The notes beneath the pieces are model-generated. The model was given only the letters and a program-made list of their open reading frames with translations. It was not told where the DNA came from and ran no database searches. A stretch of 64,000 nucleotides of DNA from Octopus vulgaris (taxonomy: Eukaryota): positions 15,128,001 through 15,192,000 of the forward strand of contig OX597835.1 in NCBI GenBank assembly GCA_951406725.2, given 5' to 3'. The position numbers were made by a program, and so were the translations under genes. Of this stretch, positions 1-12,272 are shown piece after piece; the first letter of the stretch is position 1, and each line of letters begins with the position of its first letter.

Positions 1-571
1 ATGAGGGTTCCGGTTGATCCGATCAACGAAACAGCCTGCTCGTGAAATTAACGTGTAAGTGGCTGAGCACTCCACAGACACGTGTACCCTTAACGTAGTT
101 CTCGGGGATATTCAGCGTGACACAGAGAGTGACAAGGCCGGCCCCTTGAAATACAGGTACAACAGAAACAGGAAGTAAGAGTGAGAGAAAGTTGTGGTGA
201 AAGAGTACAGCAGGGATCACCACCATCCCCTGCCGGAGCCTCGTGGAGCTTTTTAGGTGTTTTCGCTCAATAAACACTCACAACGCCCGGTCTGAGAATC
301 GAAACCGCGATCCTATGATATTCAGTGTGACACAGAGAGTGACAAGGCCGGCCCCTTGAAATACAGGTACAACAGAAACAGGAAGTAAGAGTGAGAGAAA
401 GTTGTGGTGAAAGAGTACAGCAGGGATCACCACCATCCCCTGCCGGAGCCTCGTGGAGCTTTTTTAGGTGTTTTCGCTCAATAAACACTCACAACGCCCG
501 GTCTGGGAATCGAAACCGCGATCCTATGACCGCGAGTCCGCTGCCCTAACCACTGGGTCATTGCGCCTCCA
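1..571 (-). mobile_element. tRNA(Arg)-headed SINE, family A tail 1, with internal ~210-bp tandem duplication
   Basis: Reverse complement of GGAGGCGCAATGRCCCAGTGGTTAGGGCAGCGGACTCGCGG...GGTTTCGATTC (A and B boxes, TCG anticodon-like loop). Near-identical to copies at 4240, 12651 and 36628. 107-316 is repeated from 317. Confidence 0.9.
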
Positions 572-1647
572 CTATGAACAACAAACAACCATTTAAAAAG
601 TCAGTATTAAAGACGTAAAATCACATCAAACATCGACTACGTTTATAGATAAATCTCCGAAATTCTACTGCATATGTTTTAAGTTTACGTTCAGGAAGAG
701 TAAACAATCGTTTAGAGAGTCATGCAACAATCCCGTCATTGAATCAGTGTACACTAATAATCAGGGGGGAAAGAGACAGGGGAAAAAAAACAGCTTCCTA
801 TGTATATTTTTTCTTTGTTTAACCGAGATGAAAAGATGGCAGACAAATCGGATAATTTAGCGCAACAATGGCGACTGAATACCATCCTAACAATACAACT
901 GGTCAAGTGATCCGCTTTTGGTGGTAATATTAACCATTTTCTTATATTATTATTATCACTATTACTATCGTTGTTGTTGTTGTTGTTATTTTTCATCATC
1001 AAAATGAATTAAAGCGATGATTATTCTGGGTGAAATGTGCGTAGGTTGCTCTGGAAAAAAAATACAATAACAACAATCAGATTTATGTCTAAAAGAAGCT
1101 TTTAAAAATATTGTTTTATAGTTTAGTAGTGTAAACGTTTAAACATTTTGTTAGACGTTGGGAGAGAGAAAGAGAGAGACGGAGGGGGGGGGAGAGAGAA
1201 AAAAAACGTCAATGCAATCCAGAGTGTTGTGTCAGCTAATCTATCGAAAACATTGCAAATCTTTTGTTGTTAGTTTTTACTGGAGGCGACATGGCTCTGC
1301 GATACATTCTGCCAGAACAAAGGGAGGCTATACACCTATTGAGAATCAAACTATGAAGAATTAAATGGTGTATAAATGTTATCTATTGAATAAATCCTTG
1401 TAGTATTTTCAGAAATAAAATATATATATGTTTTTTTTTTAATTTCATTTTTTTTTTTGTTCCTTTATACAACATAGCTTAAACCATAGCATTAAGTATG
1501 GATTTATGATTGAATGCAAAGAGTGTATGTCATAATAAGAAGAAAAAACAAACTATAAAGCATGAAGGAAGGGAGGAAGGAACGAACGAACGGACGAACG
1601 GAAAGAAAGAGTGCGAATGAGAGAAAAAAGATAATTGTAAATAAATT

Positions 1648-1985
1648 GAGACCCCCTTCGGTTATGACTGACCATGGGATTGCACCTAGAAAGTTACCCT
1701 CCTAGGGCAGATCCGGCCAAGGTTGTTTATGGAAGACCAGCAGTCATTCATGCATACCAGCCCCCGCTCTCCACGCCATTGATGTTACCCAAGGGAAAGG
1801 CAAAGGGGCCGATGCAGTTTGGCCCCAGTGACGTCGGAATTTATTTCTACAGATGAGTGAACTGGAGCAACGTGAAATAAAGGGTCTTGCTCAAGAACAC
1901 AACACGTAGCCCCGTCCGGGATTCGAACTCACAACCTCACGATCGTAAGCTCGACGCTCTAACTACTGAGCCATGCGCCTTCACT
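1648..1985 (-). mobile_element. tRNA-derived SINE, family E (CORE-like central domain)
   Basis: Minus-strand head GAAGGCGCATGGCTCAGTAGTTAGAGCG...GAGTTCGAATCCC followed by TGTGTTCTTGAGCAAGAC. Degenerate relative at ~35690-36000. Confidence 0.8.
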
Positions 1986-2019
1986 TGTAAACAAATAATC
2001 AAAGAAATATCAACTAATA

Positions 2020-2216
2020 GTTTCAAATCTTAGCACAAGGCCAGCAATTTTGAGGGAAGGAGCAAGTCGAAGACATCGACCTCTCTGCTTATTTTATTGA
2101 TCCCGAAAGATGAATGGCAAAATAGACCACCATGAGATTTGAACTCAGAACATATAGATCCGGAAGAAATACTAGACATTCTGTGACATGCCATTGACTC
2201 TGCTAGTTCACCACCT
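2020..2216 (-). mobile_element. Degenerate SINE family B copy
   Basis: Contains TCCCGAAAGATGAATGGCAAA...TTTGAACTCAGAAC, matching the reverse complement of the family B core. Confidence 0.65.
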
Positions 2217-3116
2217 TAACTATCCCTTAAACAGCGAGAAAGGGTTGCATGAATCAGTAAACCAAACGCACCCCGCACCCCGCAAAAAATGTCTATTTTT
2301 CTTCAGACTAATTTTTATACTTATTTTCACTTCAATTAAGAACAAAAGCTATGATAATTGTTAGTCTCTCGCACAATAAAATTTACAATCTCATAATCGA
2401 AGATTACCGTATAATATTCTCTTTTCTTTGCATATTTAGTGAGTGCATCAATTCATTTGAGATTCTCATTCTGCTATTGTCAAAGGAATGTACAAATGGC
2501 GAATGATCGGTGCATTTTTTTTTCCATGCAGAATTAGATGGAGCATCACTTTCTTCTGTGCTCACTAGAGCATCATCCTCATCATCCTCATCATCCCCTA
2601 CCTCATCTGATGATAAAGGTAAGACAGATAAAAAAGGACTTCTTCATTATTATATAAATCTTCCACTTGCAACTTGATTCCTCCCATCGATAAGGGTCGC
2701 TTACGCTCAGATGCATTTGACGAAGTAGACACTTGGTCGTCAGCTGATGATGGCTGAATCCATGTAAAGTTTTGGAAATAACAGTTGATGATATCCATCG
2801 TTTAAGCGCTAACGGCAAGAGATTGACATCGAGCGCTTCATTGAACGCTTTTATACACGTGTTTATGATAAAGTGGTTTTCTGGATGCCTGAACAGTGAT
2901 ACAATTTGGTATCGAATTGACAGGGATCGAATTAACAGAAATTCTGTTAAGATTTCAAACGCAAGAATATTTCTTCTTACCGTTAACAGCTAAATGTTGT
3001 CGCTACTACGAACGACAAAGAAAAGATGTTTACACAAGTACGACAGTTCGTAGTTTATATGAGATGTCGTTGGGTCAGATGTAACAGTAGTCGATGTCTA
3101 CCTGGCTCGGGAGTGA

Positions 3117-3670
3117 TCCTTCTTCTTCTTCTCCTTCTTCTTCTTCTTCTTCTTCTCCTTCTTCTTTTCCTCCTCCTTCTTCTTCTTCTTCTTATCCCCC
3201 TTTTTCTTCTTCTTATCCTCCTTCTTTTTCTTCTTCTTATCCTCCTCCTCCTACTTCTTCTTCTTCTTTCTTCTTCATTCTTCTTCTTCTTCTTCCAATC
3301 AGGACTCACACCATTAGCCACAAAGAATAATCTCTAATTTGAGCCTACTCTAAACTACTAAGAATACATGTGGCAACTTGAAGATCCACCCACCACACAA
3401 ACGATAGACTGGCGGTTGCACGGGCGCGAAAGCTACGTTGTTATCCTCATTCCTTAAACGATGGCTTTTAACGGGTGGAGAGCTGAACCATCCTGGGGTC
3501 CTGAGGATTGCAATCTAGACTAGGGTCTGAAAGTTTACCCCACCATGGTTCCTCTGCTTTGTGGCTGAAGTAGGAAGAAAGAGTGAGAGAAAGTTGTGGT
3601 GAAAGAGTGCAGCGGGGTTCAACACACCTCACCCCCGCAGGAGCCTCGTGGAGCTTAAGTGTTTTTGCTC
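3117..3670 (-). mobile_element. SINE family A tail 2 with (GAA)n tail, head lost
   Basis: Shares the GCTCCACGAGGCTCC...CTCTTTCACCACAACTTTCTC domain with family A. Tail matches the copy at 60240-60757 and ends in an expanded (TTC)n tract. Confidence 0.85.
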
Positions 3671-3914
3671 TGATGCTGCTGCTGTCGCCGTCATCGACGT
3701 TGACCACTGTCTTGCTGTTATATAAATATATATATATATATCTGTGTGCGTGTATGTGTTTGTATGTATGTATACACACACACATATCTACGTACGTACG
3801 TATATACATACATACATACATACATACATACATACATGCATACATGCATACATACATACATACATACATACATACATACATACATACATACATACATACA
3901 TACATGTATGTGTT

Positions 3915-3956
<42 letters not shown>

Positions 3957-3959
<3 letters not shown>

Positions 3960-4179
3960 GAGATGGGGCTGAAAAATTCCTGGCTTTAAGGGTATTGTGA
4001 AAAGCCTGCTTGGCGGCCCAACCTTCCCGAGTTTTTTTACAGGGCTTAGAAAAACTGAAGGATCGCTGCAATAAGCGTGTGAATCTGAAAGGGGAATATG
4101 TTGAGGAGAATCTTAATGAACTGATCCACGTATATTTTCTTTTTCCCAAATCCAGGAACTTTTCACACACCCCTCTCGT
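3957..4179 (+). mobile_element. Internally deleted mariner (Tc1/mariner) element
   Basis: TIR-like ends TACGAGATGGGGCTGAAAAATTCC / GGAACTTTTCACACACCCCTCTCG. Encodes GLEKLKDRCNKRVNLKGEYVE, resembling the mariner transposase C-terminus. Confidence 0.75.
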
Positions 4180-4239
4180 GTATATATTTTATATAATATT
4201 CTTTACAGGGAACACTCCAACGCTGCTGGAGACGTTAAA

Positions 4240-4633
4240 AAATGGATGGAAGCACTCCGTCGGTTACGACGACGAGGGTTCCGGTTGATCCGAATCAACG
4301 GAACAGCCTACTCGTGAAATTAACGTGTAAGTGGCTGAGCACTCCACAGACACGTGTACCCTTTAACATAGTTCTCGGGGATATTCAGCGTGACACAGAG
4401 AGTGACAAGGCCGGCCCCTTTGAAATACAGGTACAACATAAACAGGAAGTAAGAGTGAGAGAAAGTTGTGTTGAAAGAGTACAGCAGGGATCACCACCAT
4501 CCCCTGCCAGAGCCTCGTGGAGCTTTTATGTGTTCTTCGCTCAATAAACACTCACAACGCCCGGTCTGGGAATCGAAACCGCGATCCTATGACCGCGAGT
4601 CCGCTGCCCTAACCACTGGGCCATTGCGCCTCC
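4240..4633 (-). mobile_element. Full-length SINE family A tail 1 with 14-bp TSD
   Basis: TSD CTGGAGACGTTAAA at 4226-4239 and 4634-4647. Confidence 0.93.
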
Positions 4634-5837
4634 CTGGAGACGTTAAAGGGGTTTGCTGAAAAAAAAATTGTTTAAGAACTCCTGGTCAAACGGTGATATT
4701 TGATATAGAGAAGTTTCACTTCTTACTTCTCTGGTTATATTGATGTTGAGGAACGTCTGCTCATTATCTTCTTTCTCTGCCAGGGATTATACTAAGTACA
4801 GATGAACTAATAACACTTGGACATTTTCCTTTATTGCAAGGAACCATGATTTACTAGAGAATATTGGATATTTTTTTTCTCACACTGCTGTATCGATTGG
4901 TAAACACACACATACATTTTTCAGATGAGTTGGGTCTGTAGCTGCTCGGGAGGTTTGTATCTAATACCGGATATTGGAGATGGAACATCACTGAATATAC
5001 CAGCAAATTATTGGATACGATTTTAAACAAGTTAATTTGTGTCTTCGATAAATTTGACTGCTTTTTCTAGCAAATCGAAAGATTATAAAGTGGATTTCTC
5101 CTTGGTGTTTACTGAAGGCGTTCGTTCTGTACATAACGCCATACAGGAATATGTAAATTTGCGCTGACGTGTAAATATTTAAATGGCTGTCCGTATGTGT
5201 GAATTGATTAAAAATTGCAATCTATCTGCTTATTGTATTTGAAATAAAAATTTTCGTTTTACTCCAACGCTGGATATGAATTTAAAGTGTTATTAACAAG
5301 CTGTGTTCAAATAATTATAGTTTCCAGCTTAAATTGAACATTACATATATATCTTGTTTAATGAAATCCCGCTTAGGAAACGGTGTAAAACCGTAATTAA
5401 AGGAATTAGCGAGATAAGCACGGGTTGTGTCTTTGGAAGAGAACGAAATCCTCTTCTGAATCTACTAACTTTTATTGACTCCTCTTAACATCAATTTAAT
5501 TGAAACAAATGTTTACTAGAGTTTTCCTTTTTCTCTTCGTCTTTCCATGTCCTTCTCTAACTAAGCTGCTAAACCTAAGATTATTTCTATCAGTAAAACC
5601 AATTATTTCCCTTTTAGTGTGTGTGTGTGTGTGTGTGTGTGTAAAAGTACGCATATATACCTGTATATATAAATACGGTATATACATGTTTATAAAGATG
5701 TATGTGTATATATACAAACATACACACACACAAAGTGAAAGATAGTGGGATAGAAAGCAGTAGAGAGAGGAAATGAGTGAGACAGAGAGAGAATAAGCAG
5801 TGGAGTGTTTTAAATAGGTGTATGCGTATATATATAT

Positions 5838-6149
5838 ATCACCGTGATCACCGTGACCGACCAGGCCATGAGATGTTGTTACATATCGCTGGTCACAATG
5901 CGTTCGCATTGTTTTAGCCTTCGAATGACGCCACCCCGCTGGCTAAGCGAGCAGGCCAACAGAAGAAAGAGTGAGAGAAAGAGTGCTGAAAGAGTACAGC
6001 AGGGATCACCCCCCCCCCCTACCGGAGGCTCGTAGAGCTTTTAGGTGTTTTCGCTCAATAAACACACACAACGCCCGGTCTGGGAATCGAAACCGCGATC
6101 CTGCGACCGTGAGTCCGCTGCCCTAACCACTAGGCCATTGCGCCTCCAC
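5838..6149 (-). mobile_element. SINE family A tail 3
   Basis: Same tRNA head and central domain as family A, but a different 3' part ending GGTCACGGTGATCACGGTGA. The tail recurs at 13999-14156 (+). Confidence 0.85.
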
Positions 6150-6175
6150 ACACAAACACACACACACACACACAT

Positions 6176-8255
6176 ATATATATTTTTCCACTGTTTATAT
6201 ATATATTTTTTACTGTTTATATGTTTGTACTGTCGTTACCGTCTTGCCTTTTTTTTACCCCTCCGCGACAAGATCTCAGAATTTTAATTGATTTGCTTGT
6301 CTCGGGAAGGAATTTTTCATTCGAAGTATACGTCTCGCTTTTATCCTTCGAAACGTTTAGTAGATGAAACTTTAGCGACTGAAGAAGGGGATTTTTCGTT
6401 GTGCTTATTGTCCTGTATCTCCTTTTTTTGCTTGTCTTGTTCCTTGGTTTGTGTCTATGTTTTTCGTCTCTCTATGTGTTCGACGTCCTTTTGGTGTCCT
6501 GTACACATATATGCGTGTGTATGTACATGTAGAGGTAGGTACGTACATACATGTTTATATATATGCATATATTTTATTAACATATTATACGACTAAACGC
6601 ACGCACCCTATTAAGTAAGATTGTTCTGTTTATCAAGTTCGCCTTGATATTAACTCTCACGCGACTCTGCCTCTTTCTTTCTTTCTCTCCCATTCCCTTT
6701 TTCGTCCTTTTTCCCTCACTTAACTTGTCTCTTCCTCTCTCTCTCTCCCCCTCACTGTTCTTCATGGTCTCCTCGCACCATTCCCCTTCTTCTCTCTCTT
6801 CCTCTTGCTCCTCCTCCCCCATTCCCGTCGTCCATCTGCGACGTACTTCCGTCGTAACTGCTTTCCCGTCTTTCCTCACCTGCCTTCTAAGGCCGCTGGT
6901 CGACATCTTCCTCTCTCGTCGTCCACTATAATCCAGCGTTTGCAATACTTTTTTCGTCTGGCGTTAACAGCCCTTCTTATCTTGTTCTCCTTGTCCTGTC
7001 TCTCACTGTTATATATTTATTTTTCCACTGTTTATATATATATTTTTTACTGTTTATATGTTTGTACTGTCGTTACCGTCTTGCCTTTTTTTTACCCCTC
7101 CGCGACAAGATCTCAGAATTTTAATTGATTTGCTTGTCTCGGGAAGGAATTTTTCATTCGAAGTATACGTCTCGCTTTTATCCTTCGAAACGTTTAGTAG
7201 ATGAAACTTTAGCGACTGAAGAAGGGGATTTTTCGTTGTGCTTATTGTCCTGTATCTCCTTTTTTTGCTTGTCTTGTTCCTTGGTTTGTGTCTATGTTTT
7301 TCGTCTCTCTATGTGTTCGACGTCCTTTTGGTGTCCTGTACACATATATGCGTGTGTATGTACATGTAGAGGTAGGTACGTACATACATGTTTATATATA
7401 TGCATATATTTTATTAACATATTATACGACTAAACGCACGCACCCTATTAAGTAAGATTGTTCTGTTTATCAAGTTCGCCTTGATATTAACTCTCACGCG
7501 ACTCTGCCTCTTTCTTTCTTTCTCTCCCATTCCCTTTTTCGTCCTTTTTCCCTCACTTAACTTGTCTCTTCCTCTCTCTCTCTCCCCCTCACTGTTCTTC
7601 ATGGTCTCCTCGCACCATTCCCCTTCTTCTCTCTCTTCCTCTTGCTCCTCCTCCCCCATTCCCGTCGTCCATCTGCGACGTACTTCCGTCGTAACTGCTT
7701 TCCCGTCTTTCCTCACCTGCCTTCTAAGGCCGCTGGTCGACATCTTCCTCTCTCGTCGTCCACTATAATCCAGCGTTTGCAATACTTTTTTCGTCTGGCG
7801 TTAACAGCCCTTCTTATCTTGTTCTCCTTGTCCTGTCTCTCACTGTTATATATTTATTTTTCCACTGTTTATATATATATTTTTTACTGTTTATATGTTT
7901 GTACTGTCGTTACCGTCTTGCCTTTTTTTTACCCCTCCGCGACAAGATCTCAGAATTTTAATTGATTTGCTTGTCTCGGGAAGGAATTTTTCATTCGAAG
8001 TATACGTCTCGCTTTTATCCTTCGAAACGTTTAGTAGATGAAACTTTAGCGACTGAAGAAGGGGATTTTTCGTTGTGCTTATTGTCCTGTATCTCCTTTT
8101 TTTGCTTGTCTTGTTCCTTGGTTTGTGTCTATGTTTTTCGTCTCTCTATGTGTTCGACGTCCTTTTGGTGTCCTGTACACATATATGCGTGTGTATGTAC
8201 ATGTAGAGGTAGGTACGTACATACATGTTTATATATATGCATATATTTTATTAAC

Positions 8256-8258
<3 letters not shown>
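6176..8258 (+). repeat. 837-bp tandem repeat, ~2.5 copies, Penelope pseudo-LTR/retrozyme-like
   Basis: Identical ORFs recur at 6288, 7125 and 7962 (period 837). Bounded by (TA)n. Each unit holds an HHR-like core. Confidence 0.9.
6343..6392 (+). ncRNA. Putative permuted (type II order) minimal hammerhead ribozyme; copies at 7180-7229, 8017-8066 and 8482-8531 (-)
   Basis: ATCCTTC-GAAA-CG-TT-[imperfect stem I TAGTAGATGAAACTTTAGCGA]-CTGAAGA-A-GGGGAT. Stems I and II are imperfect. Confidence 0.4.
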
Positions 8259-8287
<29 letters not shown>

Positions 8288-8289
8288 AT

Positions 8290-8905
8290 TATGTTAATAA
8301 AATATATGCATATATATAAACATATATGTACGTACCTACCTCTACATGTACATATACACGCATATATGTGTACAGGACACCAAAAGGACGTCGAACACAT
8401 AGAGAGACGAAAAACATAGACACAAACCAAGGAACAAGACAAGCAAAAAAAGGAGATACAGGACAATAAGCACAACGAAAAATCCCCTTCTTCAGTCGCT
8501 AAAGTTTCATCTACTAAACGTTTCGAAGGATAAAAGCGAGACGTATACTTCGAATGAAAAATTCCTTCCTGCGAAAAGCAAATCAATTAAAATTCTGAGA
8601 TCTTGTCGCAGAGGGGTAAAAAAAAGCAAGACGGTAACGACAGTACAAACATATAAACAGTAAAAAATATATATATAAACAGTGGAAAAATAAATATATA
8701 ACAGTGAGAGACAGGACAAGGAGAACAAGATAAGAAGGGCTGTTAACGCCAGACGAAAAAAAGTATTGCAAACGCTGGATTATAGTGGACGACGAGAGAG
8801 GAAGATGTCGACCAGTGGCCTTAGAAGGCAGGCGAAAAAGGACGGGATAGCAGTTACGACGGAAGTACGTCGCAGATGGACGACGGGAATGGGGGAGGAG
8901 GAGCA
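8290..8905 (-). repeat. Inverted copy of 7643-8258, forming a palindrome with ~615-bp arms
   Basis: Direct reverse-complement match with a few substitutions; ~30-bp (TA)n spacer. Confidence 0.95.
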
Positions 8906-8932
8906 TGTATATATATATATATATATATATAT

Positions 8933-9134
8933 ATGAGTATAATTATATTTAGGGTTCAGCAAAAATTTGCTTCACCACATACCGAAATTTAGAAATAGCA
9001 GTTAAAACTAACTATTTCAGTACCCTAAGAAAATCTCCCAACAGTATTGGGATAGTTAGTTTTAACTGTTTTTTCTAAATTTCGGTATGTGGTGAAGCAA
9101 ATTTTTGCTGAACCCTAATTCTAATTATACTCAT
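8933..9134. repeat. Fold-back palindrome, ~83-bp arms
   Basis: ATGAGTATAATT...GTTAAAACTAACTAT (8933-9015) is the near reverse complement of 9051-9134. Confidence 0.9.
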
Positions 9135-9242
9135 AATTATAAAATTTATGTATAAATTTACCGATAATGGTTCTTTTGACATACCGAACTACTTGGTAAA
9201 ATTATCAATTAATTAATTAATTAATTAATCTTACTCTTTATT

Positions 9243-9329
<87 letters not shown>

Positions 9330-9347
9330 ATATATATATATAAATAT

Positions 9348-9409
<62 letters not shown>

Positions 9410-9660
9410 ATATATATATGTATATATATACATACATATACATACATATATATATATATATATATTTATATATTATATAAAAGGGCTTAGTAAAATAAAT
9501 TACTTTGCCACATACTGAACTCATTAGAAATAGTAGCTAAAAAAACTTTTTAAAACTATTTCTAATACTTAAAGAAAATCTCTCTCATATAGTGTTTGCT
9601 CAATTCAACTCACGAAAGTATGGGGGTAAAGACATTAAAAAATCAGATGCAAAGGTTGTT

Positions 9661-9713
9661 TGAGAACGTACGTTTCAAGATTAGTCAAACTCGACATTTC
9701 TATCATCAGCTCA
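9661..9713 (-). ncRNA. Minimal type I hammerhead ribozyme motif inside a (TA)n-flanked cassette (~9480-9750)
   Basis: Minus strand TGAG-CTGATGA-[TAGAAATGTCGAGTTTGACTAATCTT]-GAAA-CGTACG-TT-CTCA. Intact core, 4-bp stem I, palindromic stem III, imperfect stem II. Confidence 0.65.
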
Positions 9714-9745
9714 GAACTCCTTGGTTCGGATTTGAAAACACTGAA

Positions 9746-9808
<63 letters not shown>

Positions 9809-9889
9809 ATATATATATATGTATGTATATATATATATATGTATGTATATATATATATATGTATGTATATATGTATATATATATATATG

Positions 9890-9956
<67 letters not shown>

Positions 9957-10163
9957 ATTTATTTATATTTATATGTACACATAAGTACGTGTATATATGT
10001 ATGTATTGAAAAAGTATGCATGTCGAATTAATGGGCCCCCACATGGTCCATGTGTATTATCAATGATATTTAATAATATCCTATGAATATGCTTACGTGG
10101 AATATGGTTACTTGGCATTTATTTTTATAGATTTATGTGTGTATATGTGTGTGCGTGTGTGTG

Positions 10164-10583
10164 TGTTAGTAAAATAAAAGTCTATGCCTCTACCTAACCA
10201 ACCTAATTGCCTGCTCAGAGTTTACGCAGAGCAATTAATGGGTCCTTGACGCCATTTTGGCTATAGAAAAAAACCTGAGTCTCTTTCTGTTATCTTATGA
10301 TATAGAACTATAAATTATATCTTCCCCCACCCCCACCTCACTCCTTGTTCTATACAATAATTGGTTGTCTGCTCTTTAACACACCCACCTCCTGGATTTA
10401 TATATTGATATCTCTAACTTTAAAGCTCCACGAGTCGAAGTACCGGACAATCTTGATTGAGTAGGTAGAAATACTCCTCGAGAGACTTGAAATCCACACA
10501 ATACGTGACGTATTCTATTCGAGCTACATTAAATAAAGATTTCTAGCGCAACAATTGTCGCAAATTTAAACGCCATTCCTCTG

Positions 10584-10588
<5 letters not shown>
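10164..10588 (+). mobile_element. Probable solo LTR, 425 bp
   Basis: TGT...ACA termini, TATA-like tract near 10398, AATAAA at ~10532. Lies between (TG)n and (TACA)n tracts; no TSD visible. Confidence 0.55.
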
Positions 10589-10614
<26 letters not shown>

Positions 10615-11600
10615 CATACATACATACATACATACATACATACATACATACATACATACATACATACATACATACATACATACATACATACATACATACA
10701 TACATACATACATACATACATACATGCATATATACATACATACATGCATATATACATACATACATACATACATCCATACATACATACATACATACACACA
10801 TACATACATACACATACATACATGCATATATGCATACATACATACATACATACATGCATACATACATACATACATACATACATGCATATATACATACATA
10901 CATACATACATGCATACATGCATGCATGCATACATACATACATACATACATACATGCATATATACATACATACATACATACATACATAATACATTTATAC
11001 ATATATACATACATACATACATGTATACATACATACATACATGCATACATACATACATACATAATACATGTATACATACATACATGCATACATACATACA
11101 TACATACATGCATACATACATACATACATACATAATACATGTATACATACATACATGCATACATACATACATACATACATGCATACATACATACATACAT
11201 ACATAATACATGTATACATACATACATACATACATACATACATACATGCATACATACAATACATACATACATGCATACATACATACATACATACATAATA
11301 CATGTATACATACATACATACATACATACATGCATACATACATACATACATACATGCATACATACATACATACATACATAATACATGTATACATACATAC
11401 ATGCATACATACATACATACATACATGCATACATACATACATACATACATGCATACATACATACATACATACATAATACATGTATACATACATACATGCA
11501 TACATACATACATACATACATGCATACATACATACATACATACATACATACATGTATACATACATACATACATACATACATACATACATACATACATACA
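10586..11600. repeat. (TACA)n compound microsatellite with higher-order ~70-95-bp periodicity
   Basis: Recurring interruption CATAATACATGTATACA within (TACA)n. Confidence 0.95.
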
Positions 11601-11629
11601 GTTCTATATTTAAGATATGAGGAATTATG

Positions 11630-11794
11630 TACATTATTTACATTATTTACATTATTTACATTTGACGGATATTTGTCCTCATCTTATTTGTTGTTAACAC
11701 AACATTTCGGCTGTTATACCCTCCAGCTTTCATCAGGTGTCTTGGGGGAAATTTCGAACCTGGGTTCCCATTCCTAAGTTATTTTTCGATGTTG

Positions 11795-11876
<82 letters not shown>

Positions 11877-12017
11877 CACAGCCTGGAATCGAACTCGGAA
11901 TCTTAGGGTTAGTAGCTCGCGCTCTTCACCACTACGCCTATATCCGTGGAAATATAGCGCAGTGGTTAAGAACGCGAGCTACTAATCCAAGATTCCAAGT
12001 TCGATTCCAAGCAGTGA

Positions 12018-12088
<71 letters not shown>

Positions 12089-12093
12089 TTAAT

Positions 12094-12145
<52 letters not shown>

Positions 12146-12171
12146 TTAATAATATCCGTCAAATGCAAATA

Positions 12172-12175
<4 letters not shown>
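11630..12175. mobile_element. Head-to-head pair of tRNA-like SINEs with (AAT)n spacers; left copy carries a hammerhead motif
   Basis: Inverted tRNA-like heads at 11871-11940 (-) and 11955-12022 (+). Shared terminal AATATCCGTCAAATGYAAATAATGTA in inverted orientation at both ends. Confidence 0.8.
11696..11741 (-). ncRNA. Minimal type I hammerhead motif, probably decayed
   Basis: GACAC-CTGATGA-A-AGCTG-[10 nt]-CAGCC-GAAA-TG-TT-GTGTT. The first stem II pair is an A/C mismatch and the stem III loop reads TG rather than CG. Confidence 0.65.
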
Positions 12176-12244
<69 letters not shown>

Positions 12245-12272
12245 AACACACACACATGCACACAAATATATA

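Noticed and set aside
2400-3000. Possible DNA transposon relic with a 25-bp inverted repeat (2796-2820 / 2975-2999)
   Set aside because: No identifiable transposase motif or TSD; too degenerate to call.
6288-8906. Repeated 95-122 aa ORFs in the 837-bp unit
   Set aside because: Low-complexity, overlapping on both strands, no recognisable domain.
10529-11777. Long ORFs of up to 363 aa (MYVC/HTYI repeats), and similar YI, CV, IYLS, poly-H/Y ORFs throughout
   Set aside because: Translations of stop-free microsatellites.
11871-12022. Pair of tRNA genes
   Set aside because: No proper acceptor stem or T-run terminator, atypical ACT anticodon, embedded in a repeat; treated as SINE heads. The same applies to family A and E heads.
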